From Lama glama (lineage: Eukaryota): a stretch of DNA of 64,000 nucleotides. The stretch spans positions 16,680,001 through 16,744,000 of the forward strand of contig CM052816.1 of the NCBI GenBank assembly GCA_028534125.1. The letters run 5' to 3'. Shown piece after piece: positions 42,201 to 55,300 of the stretch. Positions within the stretch are counted from its first letter, which is position 1; every line of letters begins with the position of its first letter. A program made the position numbers and the translations under genes. The notes below the pieces were generated by a model. The model saw nothing but the letters and a program-made list of their open reading frames with translations. It searched no databases and was not told the origin of the DNA.

Positions 42201-43049
42201 TTTTGAAGTCCTAGCCACAGCAATCAGGCAAGAGAGAGAAATAAAAGGGATCCAAATTGGAAAAGAAGAGGTAAAAGTGTCACTATATGCCGACGACATG
42301 TTACTATACATAGAAAACCCTAAAAGGTCCACACAAAAACTACTAGAGCTGATTNNNNNNNNNNNNNNNNNNNNNNNNNNNNNNNNNNNNNNNNNNNNNN
42401 NNNNNNNNNNNNNNNNNNNNNNNNNNNNNNNNNNNNNNNNNNNNNNNNNNNNNNNNNNNNNNNNNNNNNNNNNNNNNNNNNNNNNNNNNNNNNNNNNNNN
42501 NNNNNNNNNNNNNNNNNNNNNNNNNNNNNNNNNNNNNNNNNNNNNNNNNNNNNNNNNNNNNNNNNNNNNNNNNNNNNNNNNNNNNNNNNNNNNNNNNNNN
42601 NNNNNNNNNNNNNNNNNNNNNNNNNNNNNNNNNNNNNNNNNNNNNNNNNNNNNNNNNNNNNNNNNNNNNNNNNNNNNNNNNNNNNNNNNNNNNNNNNNNN
42701 NNNNNNNNNNNNNNNNNNNNNNNNNNNNNNNNNNNNNNNNNNNNNNNNNNNNNNNNNNNNNNNNNNNNNNNNNNNNNNNNNNNNNNNNNNNNNNNNNNNN
42801 NNNNNNNNNNNNNNNNNNNNNNNNNNNNNNNNNNNNNNNNNNNNNNNNNNNNNNAGAATAGATAAACAAGATTATACTGTATAGCACAGGGAAATATACA
42901 CAAAATGTTATGGTAGCTCACAGAGAAAAAAATGTGACAATGAGTGTGTATATGTCCATGTATGACTGAAAAATTGTGATGAACACTTGAATTTGACATA
43001 ACATTGTAAAATGATTATAAATCAATAAAAACTGTTAAAAAAATAAAAT
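42201..43049 (+). mobile_element. 5'-truncated young LINE-1 (ORF2 RT fragment plus 3' end), interrupted by an assembly gap
   Basis: Open frame [50 protein letters not shown] before the gap. After the gap is an L1-type 3'UTR ending aataaaaactgttaaaaaaataaaa. Confidence 0.88.
42355..42854. other. Assembly gap (500 N)
   Basis: Run of exactly 500 n. Confidence 0.99.
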
Positions 43050-43199
43050 GAACATTTTCCTTTTCCCTTTATACTATAGGACTGTAAAACGGGGCAATTA
43101 CTGAGTCTTGGTCTATTTCAACCATGCAAAGAAACTTGAGTTTCAACTGTCAAAACCTAAAGAAACCCTGGTGACAGTACTAATAAAAATTAGCTTGCA

Positions 43200-43360
43200 G
43201 GTTTGGCAGAATTTCTCAACAAGCCATCTACATCAGAATTACCTAGCATGTTTGTTATCAAGGCCAGTTTCGGGACCCCATCCCAGATCTCAAGAATCAG
43301 AACTCTGGGAATGGGGCCTGGGAGTCTGATTCTGATGTGTTATAACAACATAGGAGACCC
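43200..43360. mobile_element. MER5-like DNA transposon relic
   Basis: catcagaattacctag...ccccatcccag...gaatcagaactctgggaatggggcctgggagtctg. A similar relic lies at ~51400-51640. Confidence 0.55.
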
Positions 43361-45044
43361 TTTCTTTTAAAGGAACAGAGTTGAGTCTCTTTACTCCTTC
43401 TTTCATACTTTATTCTTGCCACGTTTTGTTTCTTGGGAGTCTGTGATGAGAAATTCTTAAGAATGTGTAACAGGCATAGACTTGTATTCCTGGGCTTAGT
43501 GTGAGATGGGGAGGGATAGGTGGGGCTGGGAAGAGGTGTGCCAATGCAGATATTGTCCCATCAGGACACGGCAGTTTTGCCAGGAGGCTGGCAGGTATAT
43601 GCCCTTTGCTAGAGAAGGTGGCTTGGTTCCCCCTGTTCCAGGCTGAGGAGTCTGGTATCATAGGAAAGGGCAGAGATCAACAGTGTTGATGCTTAAGGGA
43701 TGGAACATTAGAGAAAGAACTGGGCCGATGCCAGGGGACTGCTGGAATTCCCCTTACTCTAGGAAAGGTATGGATTGGTAACCTGGGAGACCCTTAGAGG
43801 GAGGAGAAGGTATGGAGGTAGGTTAGACCTCAACTTCATTCAGGGTAACTATCCATACTGCGTAGAAAGATACTTTATTGTCCTTGATTTGGGGGGTTGG
43901 AAGTTGGGAAGGGAGCCAAGGCTTGGGAATTCCAGGACACCAAATCTACTGCACCCATCTAACCAGTGGATGGTGGTGTCTGACCAGTTCACAGAAGATT
44001 CATATCAGGGTTGGAGGTAGTGCTTCCATTCAGTAATCCATCTATTCACCCTCCCTGGCTCACACACAAAGCATGCCAACTTGGTTGATTCCTAATACCC
44101 TTCCCAACACAACTTTTCCACTTTTCCTAAGTGCCTGGCTGGGTTGGGTGTCCTTCTCTGTGTTCCCAGAGAGCCCCATGTTTGACCATATTATATAACA
44201 TGACACCATGTAATAACTTTTGGCTTAACATCCCTGTCTCCCCAGCTGACAATCTGCATTGTTGTTGTGGCCAGCTCAAGGCCTCTTATAGAGTAGACAG
44301 AGACTCGTGACCCCGTAAGAATTGCTCTAGTTATGAATGTGGACCCTCAGGGATCTGGGGTCAAAGGAATGTAGCACCTCAGGCCTTCTACACAATAGGG
44401 ACAGATTTGGTCTAGATTGGGAACCTTAGACACCATGGCAGCCTCTTCCCACTCTGTCCTGTGTTACAGGAAGCTGCCAAGGATCACAGCTCCAGCTGGC
44501 AAGTAATGAGATTTCTTCCTGGAAGGATTCTTGGCTAGAGAACTGGTCCTTGCCTTTTCTAGGCTTCTTCGATGCCCTCAGGTTTCTGGGGACATGGAAG
44601 ATGAGAGGGAGAGGCTGAGTCAGCCCCAGCTTTGTTGCTGTTTCCCAAAGCCTGGGGCCCACCCCTTAACTCCCCCAAGTGTATACGGCAGGGATTCCCA
44701 AGAACACGTATTTTCTCAACCCTGCGTAGAGATAGGGGCAGGGCTGGTTAGACATTTGGGGTCAGGAGAATAGTGTTGTCTCTGGCCACACATTATCCAC
44801 CTGTACCTCTGGCCTTGTTTGGCTTTAACTAACCAAAATAAGCTTGCAGCGCACCAGACCGAGGAACAGGCCCAGTATCAAGAAGAGGAGACTCACACCT
44901 AGGTCTCAAAGAATTCAGCCCAGTGACACACAGTGGGCAGGCACGACTCTGACTGAAATATCCTTGTCTCTGTAAAAGCCCTTCAAGCCCCTCAATAGAG
45001 ACGGCTACTAGAGAGGCCTTCCCGTAGCCCAGGAAACACACACC

Positions 45045-46252
45045 CAACCACAGCTATTTTATTTTCCTTTTAATTTTTCTGAAGGATATACACCACATAT
45101 CCCATGGGCAATAAAGCGCATTCAATGTGTTTATAAGCCAAACAGTCACTTTGTTTAAGCAAACACAAGTATAAAGTAAAATAAAACCACAAAATAATGA
45201 ACTGCATGTTCATAACATACAAAAATTGCCGCCTACTCAGTAGGTAACTACAACATTCCAACTCCTGAATATATTTATAAATTTACATTTTCAGTTAAAA
45301 AAATAGACTTTTGAGAGTTCAGATTTTGTTTTAGATTTTGTTTTCTTACATTCTGGAGAACTGAGGCTCAGCTCAGCCCTCTTCCTTATTTTGCTCCCAA
45401 AGCTTCCCCCGGATCATCACTCCCTGCCCCCCTTAAGGCTAGAGGTGAGCACATCCCTCACAATTGCACATGTCAAGCCATCAGCAAGGCGCATCACACA
45501 AAAGGCACCAAGACGTGAAACTTTTTAAACCAAAAGGACAAAAAAACACCACTTTCCAAAAAAAAGATGAAAAACTAAACCATATTTTGCCACATGTGAG
45601 AGTACATTCGGGCGATATTTACAAAAAGGTTAACAGAACAACACTCTGACACATGCTCTGATTAATACCGAGAACTGCTGTTTCAAAAAAAAGCTTCAAA
45701 AGTAATCGTCACAGCATCATCACAAGATAAAGGATCACCATTGGTTTGCTTGGCTTTTTTTTTTCCCCAAAGTGAGGACCTAACTCCAAATAATATGATA
45801 GAATATGCAAATTATCTTCACATCAAGAGTACCCCGGGAAAAACAAAATCCATGGCACAGACACTGTACAAGGGTACAGGGCTGGGCTTTGGGGGACCCA
45901 AACCCCATTTAGCCAACTTGATTTTCTAGCATTGAAGGGAGCAAGGGGTCAGGCATACAATGGAGATGATACTGAAATGATATATTCCAAATCCATGCAA
46001 ATCAAGTTCTTTGGATAGAAGTGAAGAACTTGGACATGGCTGTTTCAGGCAGCTGAAGTCAAAGGGAGTAGGAACTGGGGAGGAAAGGGAGCCAGGCAGA
46101 AAGGATTGCTGGCCAACAGACCTTTCACGGTGACCCCTGGGTCGAGTTGATTTGGTTCTGAGAACCTCCATCTGACCAAAGAGGAACCCCCTCCATGGCT
46201 ATCTCCTCCTTCTGTCCTTTAAGTCTCTTGTGTTTCTTTTTCTCCTTTCCCT
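45045..46252 (-). other. EGR1: EGR1 3'UTR with polyA signals AATAAA (45058-45063) and ATTAAA (45069-45074)
   Basis: AU/U-rich sequence on the - strand; hexamers read as tttatt and tttaat on +. The cleavage site is approximate. Confidence 0.8.
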
Positions 46253-47608
<1,356 letters not shown>

Positions 47609-48298
47609 TTACTGGAGAGCAATCACAGGAGGTGGAGGAGGACCCAAGCGGCCAGGCAAGAGGTCGGCCGGGCTACCATTGACTCTTGAGCTCGTTAATA
47701 ATTGATAGCAGCAGATTGCAATGTTCCTGGACCTGCTCCAGAGGCAGAACCCATTTCAACAACAGCTGACGCAAATACAGAGAATCCCCCTCCACTGCAG
47801 CTCCCCGAGCTCCGCAGCGGCGGCTGTGCGGGCTAGGGATTCCCGCCGGCACCCCCTCGGCCGCGGCTAGTGCGCGCCCCCTACCCCGGGCTGCTGGGAC
47901 AGCCCTGACCGCAGATTACGGCCCTATCTAAGGGACATGCGGCAGGCAAGACAAGCCTTTCTGGAGGGGGAGAGGGAGGGGTCGCAGCCATACCCGTCAA
48001 AACAAGCCCTCCTTCCTCACCACCCACCCACGCAACCCCACAGCTCTTCATCCAAAACAAAAGCTGGCTCTTCTGAGCATCGCTAAGGATAAGGAGGGTG
48101 GAGGTGGGGGTGGATGTCCCCAGGCATCCCTCTAACACATGACCCTGGGGATGCGAGGAATGGAAGGGAAACCCCACTTGCATCCCTGAGGTTCAGGAGC
48201 ACTGCTGCGGTGAAGGGAGAGCTGCAAAGGCCGTGGGGAAAGACTGGACTCCAGGAAGGTGGCGAAAGGGCTAGCCCTCGGCATAGGCCACAGCTTAC

Positions 48299-48596
48299 CT
48301 GCGGTCAGATGCTCATAAGGCTGCTCGCCCGCCTCCCCCTGAGGGTTGAAGGCGCTGCTGCTGCTGTTGCTGCCGCCCCCTCCACCTCCACCGCTCCCGC
48401 TGCTGCTGCTGCTGTTACCGCCGCTGCCCTCGGGGGCCCCGGGAGCACCGAGGAACTGGGGAGCCCCATTGCTCAGCAGCATCATCTCCTCCAGTTTGGG
48501 ATAGTTGTCCATGGTGGGCGAGTGAGGAAAGGAGCCGAACGGGTCGGAGATCTGCAGCGGGGACATCAGCTGCATTTCGGCCTTGGCTGCGGCCAT
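48299..48596 (-). CDS. EGR1: EGR1 exon 1 coding part (MAAAKAEMQLMSPLQISDPFGSFPHSPTMDNYPKLEE...YEHLTA)
   Basis: Characteristic EGR1 N-terminus with a Ser/Gly tract; donor GCAG|gtaagc on the - strand; 298 nt. Confidence 0.98.
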
Positions 48597-48889
48597 CCCG
48601 GATTGGCGGGCTGGAGAGCTGCTGTTGGGGCGGGTGGGCGCAGCCCGGGGCCGGAGCTGCGGGGGACACTTCTCAGGGGCCTGGCCAGGTCACATGCGGG
48701 GCGCGGGGCACACTGTGGAGAGCTCAGGTGGGGTCGCTAGGCTCGCCCTCGCCACCGGCCGGTGTAGATGCGGCGCTGCTACCAAGGCTGGGGTAGGGGC
48801 CGGTCCTGCGGCGGCGGAAGCTGGCGGCGGCGGCGGCAGCTGGCGGCGGCTCCCCAAGTTCTGCGCGCTGGGATCTCTCGCGACTCCCC

Positions 48890-49020
48890 AGATCCGCCTC
48901 TATTTGAAGGGTCTGTAACGGCACTGGCCCGCCTTCGTCGTGACGTACATGGCCATATTTGGGAAGCAGGAAGCCCTAATATGGCAAGACCGGCCGGGAG
49001 GACCCGGAGTGACGTGAAGC
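48890..49020 (-). promoter_or_regulatory. EGR1: EGR1 proximal promoter: TATA-like AAATAGA, CRE-like sites and two CArG boxes with ETS cores
   Basis: tctattt 48899-48905; TGACGTAC 48941-48948; CCATATTTGG 48953-48962; CCTAATATGG 48975-48984, with GGAAG cores between the boxes; TGACGTGA 49010-49017. TSS expected near 48870. Confidence 0.9.
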
Positions 49021-49240
49021 CTACTCTCCGCGAGCCGTAGGCACTGCCATCCCGCACCCCGGGGCCCGCGCGGGCACTCGCACTCTGGGCGCCCAGGTCT
49101 GTAGAAAGCCTAATACTCAAGCCGCAGCTGAGGACTCCCGAACCCCAAGCTGCCCAGTAGTTCCCGGTGTTGCCCCCGCCCCTTCCTCCCTCCTTCTTCC
49201 CTCCTCCTCCTTCCCTCCGCCTTCTTCCCTCCTCCCGGAG

Positions 49241-49343
49241 CCGGAAGCGGCCAGGCCATATCTGGGCGCTCCAAATAAGGCGCTGCCCAAATAAGGGTTT
49301 TTCCGGCGGGGGATCCTTCCTGCTCCTTATTTGGCGTTTCCGG
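49241..49343 (-). promoter_or_regulatory. EGR1: EGR1 distal serum-response element cluster (SRF CArG plus TCF/ETS sites)
   Basis: CCGGAAG 49241-49247; CCATATCTGG 49256-49265 (1 mismatch); CCAAATAAGG at 49271-49280 and 49287-49296; TTCCGG 49301-49306; CCTTATTTGG 49325-49334; TTTCCGG 49337-49343. Confidence 0.92.
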
Positions 49344-49511
49344 GTCGCTGCTGGCTGCTCCCAGGCTCCCACCCTCCTCCCTTGTTCCCAGCCGGGAGTC
49401 CTAACGCGCGCGAGAGCCAGGGACGCCCAGGCGGGGAGGGCTCGGGGAGCGTAGTGCTAGGCACACCGCGGCTCCCTGGCGGGGACTGGGCTGGGAAAGC
49501 CCGGGCCCAGG

Positions 49512-49520
49512 GCGGGGGCG
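49512..49520 (+). promoter_or_regulatory. EGR-binding site GCGGGGGCG (candidate autoregulatory site)
   Basis: Perfect EGR1 consensus about 640 bp upstream of the TSS. Confidence 0.7.
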
Positions 49521-51721
49521 AAGGCGAGTCGGACTGGGGTTCTGCCGCCGTCATCCAAGGCTCGCCCGCCCACCTCTGGGACCGTGGGAGCCGGGCGGGA
49601 GCGAAGGGGAGGAGCCGCTGGGCTGGCCGGGGCAGAGGCCGCCTAGGAGAGGCGGGGCCTTGACCCCTGGCCTGACCAATGGCATGGTGCCTTTCCCAGG
49701 TGTAGCTGGGGAAACTGAGTCTAGGAAATAATTGCCAGAAGATTCCTCGATTCATTTGCGTTGCGGTGGGCTGCCCACTTCTCCATCTACCAATGGGATG
49801 GGGCTGTTGAAGCCTGGGGATCCCTCTGCGCCACAACAACCGAAAGGCTCTTCTCTGGTCCCCACTGGAGAAAAGCCCGCGTTTGGGTGGCTGGATAAAG
49901 GAAGCTGATTGCCCTTGGAGAGACGTGCCTGAGTCCTGTACCCACCAGGAGATGGTGGTTCTTGTGCTTTCCCACCTTTATCCAGAACAAGTGGAGGTGG
50001 GGTGGGCAGTGTGGGAATCTGAAAAAGAGGCTTCCCTATGGACTCTCTGGGGACCCCAGGCTGGCGCGAAGAGAGGACCTGCTTAGCGGCTTGGTGCTGC
50101 CCCCTGGAGGTCCCCTCTCCATCTTGGTTCCCCGAGCTCGGGCTGAATGGGCTCTTCCGCCGCCTTCTTGCTCCCCCTCCCGGCTCCTGCGCTGGGCGCC
50201 ATGCCAGGCCGGGGGAGCCTTAGACGCAGTGAGAGCGAACTGAGCAGGCGCCGCAGCCTGGGCTCCCCCTGCAGTCCCTGGGGAGCCGCCGCCGCCGAGG
50301 TGCCTAGACTCCGGGCGGGGTAACACTTCACTCGCCGAGCCAGGCCAAGGGCGAGGTTGTGGGGGCGTGTAGGCTCCAAAGATTCCCGCAGGTCTCTCGG
50401 GAGCTGGATGCAAAAGGGGGAGCCCTCCCCAACCTATCTCCACTGCCCTTACAGTCAAGTGCGCATCCCAAGGAGAACAGGGATTCCAGTAGGGGAAGGC
50501 GCCGGCTCTAGCTCTGAATCCAGGGGAGGTGCTGTTTTTCTGAATTTAAAAAGAAAGCAGAAAGTGTGTTTGTGAAGGGAGGGTGCTGACGACATCCAGA
50601 GGGAAAGGGAAGGAGGGTTCGGGTCTCCTTGAACCCAAACAGCCTGAGGAGGTCGGGATTAGAGAGTTTAAGTTGGGGGAGAGGAATGTGACTGGCTTGG
50701 TCTTCATCCCTCTGTATCCTCTACAGACACACACACGCGCGCGCGCGCGCATACATTTTCTTAATAAAAATTATTTTTTTAAAAAATTCGTAATAAAAAT
50801 CGTCTTAAGGAATCCAGCAATCAACCAGAACGCCCTTGTGACTGTACTCTTGGTCTGAGCTCCCCATCCCCAATGCTAGGGCATGTTGGGGGCCCACTCC
50901 CATCGCGTACAGAGTTGTCCATTAGGGGCAGGCTTGTGCACCTCTCTGAGGACTTCTGCTGGGCAGGAAGCCCAGGTCAGTCAGGGTGGGATGGTATTGT
51001 GTCTGAATGCCCATTTTGACACTCCATGGTGGAGTACCTTGGCTAGCCTTTTTATATCTCTTTCTTCAAGTGTAAAATAGAGCTAATGTTAATGATACCC
51101 ACATGAAAGAATTGTTGTGAAGACTGAAACTTGCATGGACTGTCATCTGTGAAGTCCCAAAGCACAGTGCCTTCCTTGCAGTTGTTGGCATTCAATAAAC
51201 AGTGGCTATTGTTATTTTCAGGGGCTTCTAACCCACAGGACCGCCCACAGTTCACCCACTCATCCTCAGCCTCCAAGCAAACCCCTGTGTCTCTTTTCTG
51301 AAAAGTTGTACAGAGAAGGAGAAACATTCCAGTTCTAATACAAGGGACATTGTCCTGAAGAGCTCGTCTGAATCCTTGCTGCAGTAGAACATCGTTTTCT
51401 AGAGCAGAATTTTTTGACCTTGACTGTGCAGCAGAATCATCTGTGGAGTGCTGAAAAAGAAAGGTTTTACCCTAAACTAACTGAATCAATCTTCTGGGCT
51501 TTTGAGGCCCAGACACTAGGCACTTTGTCCTAGGATCTTTCTTCTGTCTCTGTGGAGCTGCCCAGTCTCCAAGAGCACATCTTCCTCCCCCAGCCAGGGC
51601 AAACTGGTTCCCCTATGATTCTAATATGTAAGCTGAACTACAGTATCTTCAGATCCTTGCTGAAGGTGGGCACTGGAAATTCTAATAATCTATATATTTT
51701 GCTTTGCATGCCAATCTTTTC

Positions 51722-51853
51722 TTTTCTTTTTTTGGAGGGGGGCAGTCATTAGGTTTGTTTGTTTGTTTGTTAATGATGAAGGTACTGGGGACTGAACCCA
51801 GGACCTTGTGCATGCTAGGCACACACTCTATCACTGAGCTATATCTTTCCCCC
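51722..51853 (-). mobile_element. tRNA-Ala-derived SINE (Vic-1-like)
   Basis: ggtactggggactgaacccaggacc...gcatgctaggc...ctctatcactgagctata, the same family in reverse orientation. Confidence 0.85.
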
Positions 51854-51869
51854 TGCAACCATTCTTTTC

Positions 51870-52340
51870 ATAACATTCCCAGCCAGCGATTTACCTTTGG
51901 GGAACCACCCCAATCCATGTGGTTGAGGCAAAAGAACCCATCCTTGATCTAGGAGTGGGTATGTCACCCAGGCCTGGCCATCCATCTAGGATGTTTCAGG
52001 CCAGGAGTATTCCATCTCCCTAGACATAGCCACTGAGTCAGGTTGTGCACATGATCCAAATCAGGCTACTGAGAATGACTTCTGGGCCATTTGCTGGAAC
52101 TCTTGTAAAAGGGGAATTCTCTTTCCCAGGTGGTACTAAGCCAATGGAATGTAAGCCTGGGGGCCATCGTGCCATCAGGACTGGAATGCTTACCTGAGAA
52201 TAAAGCCGGGGCAGAGGAAATCAAAGAAGAGATACACACACACAGAGGAAGTCTCTGGATACAGCCTGGGCTTTTTAATTATGCAGGTCAATGAATTCCT
52301 TTTTTATTTAATAGAATTTATTTCAGTTTCTGTTACAGCC
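51870..52340. mobile_element. MLT1-like (MaLR) LTR relic
   Basis: cacatgatccaaatcagg...gaatgtaagcctgg...cctgagaataaagcc...ctggatacagcc...aatgaattcctttt; family recalled from memory. Confidence 0.5.
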
Positions 52341-55300
52341 ATTAACACACTCCTTATCCACAACAACAAAAAACTTTTTTGAGGACTTTTCTGTGGGCAT
52401 TTCTGCCTGGGAATAAGGCCTGAGGCATAGGCCCCTGCCTCAGAGAAACTTACAGTTGGGTAGAAGAGAGCCTGGATTCCATGTTACATGAGAATTAAGA
52501 ATAGGAAGCAGCACTGTTTGACACCCGAAGTCAGTTACACTAAAGAACATACATGATAAGGGGGCTGGGAAAAGGGCAAGGATGGTATTTTAGAGGAGAG
52601 AGAACCTGGTAAGGACCAAACTTTGTGGTGAGGAAGTGAGGCACTTTTAGACAGGGGTTGGGGCAGTGGCAGGAATGGGGCTGGTGCATGGCCAGGAGAG
52701 TCCAGGTGTGGTCTATCTGGAAAAAATTGGCTGGAATAGAGAGGGTTCCTATGCAGAAACAGAGGGAGATAAGGTTGAATAAAACATTCATTCTTTTTAA
52801 AAAAGGTTTATTGGTCACTGCCTGTAACAGGCACAGTGCTGTCTTGGGGATTCTGCAGTGAAGAAGGCAGATGTAGTTGTGCCCTTTTGGAAAATGGTAA
52901 TTCAGTGGGATAGACAGAACTAAACAATTACATAAATAAAAAGGATATCTTCAGATTATGGTTAGTGTAACATACTAGAGAAGTGAGGAAAAACATCTCA
53001 GAGGAGAGGAGGTGACATTTAGGCAGAGACACCAACTCTGCATAGAGGGGTGTTGTGGGGAGAGCAGGGGTGTTGTGGGGAGAGCATTCCAAGCAAAGGG
53101 GACAGCTAGGCAAAGGCCTCAGGAGGGAAAGAGGTCTGGCCATGATCTGTCCAGGGCCTCAGGCTTAGGCATGAGTGATGAGAATGTTTAGGACTAAACA
53201 GTACCCCTCCACTCTCATCTCCCTTGTTCTACCCTCACACAGCTCACACAGAGGAGGACATGGCCGTTTTGACCCTGCCCCACCTCCACGGTATATGCCC
53301 CTGGAAGGCACCTTCCACCCAGGAGCAGTGAGAGCAGCTGGGTCAAAACCCCTACAAAGCCCCTACAAAGCCCACTTTTACCCTCACTGTGATGGGGCAC
53401 CAGTGAGAAAGAAAGCCTCCTCCTGGACAGAGTTATGCTGCTGGTCTCCCTTCTCAGCAGTAGGGCTGGGGGCATCTGGGTTATCCCCATTCTCCTCTGG
53501 TTTGTCTTCTAGCCACTGGCACAGTTTGTTTGCTGTGACTGGGGGAACAAAGAAGGGAAGAGATACAGTGAAAAGAACTGGCCCCAAGGAGTCAAATCTT
53601 AGTTTGGGCTTGAGAACACCCAACTTCTGACCAACAGCTCAGTTGGGACAATAGGCCTGGGGCCTAAAGGAAACCAGGTTTGGGGTAAGGAAGGCTCTGA
53701 GCTATTCGTGCTCCCTGGTCTGGGTGTCTGTGGGACCTCGGGGGCACTGAGGGATGAGTCTGGGACTCTCAGACCTCGCCCACTGGGTGACTGATGTCAG
53801 AAACTCTGGAAGAGGTGAGAAGCCCTCAGAGGGTCTACAGGTCTGAACTGCCCTCTGTGCTCAGACTTCCTTGTAAACTGGAGAGGAAGCAGAGGTAAGA
53901 GCAGAACTGAGCTGGGCCATGGCCGCTGAGCTTCCAGGAGAAAGCCAGTGGGAACCATCATATCTCAAACACCAATCCAGGGCTGAGCAGGCTGCAGCTC
54001 TCAAAGGAAAACAAGCCCCTTTTTCCATTGCCACTTCCTCCTCCCCAGCCCCAGGCTACGTCAGCACCCACATGTGCTGCTCAGATCGGTTTGCCAGCCC
54101 AGGGCTCAGGAAGTGACTCTGTCTTTGGTTCTGTCTGGGGTAACTGTCACACTTTCCGATGGCTGATGGACTCCGCCGGAAATGTGGAGGATCTGGCCTT
54201 CAGTGGGTCTGGGGGCAGGTTTGCTCCCATCCCAGGGAGGGTCTTGAGGGGAGAGAAGAAACCTGAAGAAGCCAGGTATGGGGTGGGACAGAAGGTGTCC
54301 TGAGAGGGTGGGGAGAAGTGGAGACATGGAGAAAGAAAGGGGAAAGGAGAGAGAATCATCCAGAGTGCTGGAGTGTGCAGCCATATCATCTACTCCCATT
54401 ACAGATGGGAAGCTGGGTACCAGAGGAGACCCCAAGCCCTAGGATAGGTGGAGAAAGGCAAGTTCTGAGATGTGCCCATGCAGAGTGATGCTGAGGCCTG
54501 AGGAAGAGGGGGTTCCCTGGGCTCTCATGAGCTGCCTGGCATGCACCCCCTGCATGGAATTCAGGGGCTGGAGGGAAGAGCCCATGGAGGATTTGGCCTA
54601 GGTGAGCAGTCTGCCTGGGAGAGTTGGGGTCTGGGCTGCTGTCCTCAGAGTCTGCCTGAGGGGTCGTGTGCTGGACAGAGTTAGGTGAGGCCTGAAGTCA
54701 AAGTTGCTGGGGCATAATCACTTGGGGAGGTGGCACAGAGGGTCCATTAAGGGAAGAGGGAGTGGGTAGAGGTAGGTGAACACTTAGGTTGTGCTCACTG
54801 GGTCCTCTTTGCCCCAGAGTGCCCTGCAGATGCAGAAAGAGGCTGCTGTCCCTGGACATCAGTCCCTCTGCCCTATGCTCAGCGACCCCTCTCTCCCAAG
54901 CCCAGGGTTGGCAGGACCCTAGGCTTAGAGGAAAATCCATCCTGTGGTGGCTTCCTGGCTCCCCCCACCCCCAGCTGAGTGTGCAGCAAAGCTGGCTGCA
55001 GAAATCTCTGGAAGCTCGTTGGGCAGGCAGAGGGAGGGGAACGTTACATAAGAGTCCACTGATGTGCAGGAAGTCTAGAGCAGCCTTTAGATTAGAAAGG
55101 CAGCGTTCCCATCCAGCCCAGAAAGGCAGGAATAGCAACGGCGGTTATTTCTGGCCCCTCACCACCGCCCAACGCCAGGGCTGCTCAGCTTCGTGGTGGG
55201 TGAGCTTGGACTCTGCAGACCTGGGGGGAGGGAGGGGGGTAGGCAGCCCCTAGGGTTACCCCACTCTGGCACCCGCATCACCATTCCCCCCACCCAAATA

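Larger units (their letters stand above)
47790..50510. promoter_or_regulatory. EGR1 CpG island
   Basis: High GC and dense CpG across the intron, exon 1 and upstream region. Boundaries judged by eye. Confidence 0.85.

Noticed and set aside
42183..42999. Long ORFs spanning the N run
   Set aside because: Artefacts of translating through the gap; only the L1 RT fragment is real.
48114..50458. Many overlapping ORFs in the EGR1 CpG island
   Set aside because: GC-rich shadow ORFs with no domain or splice support.
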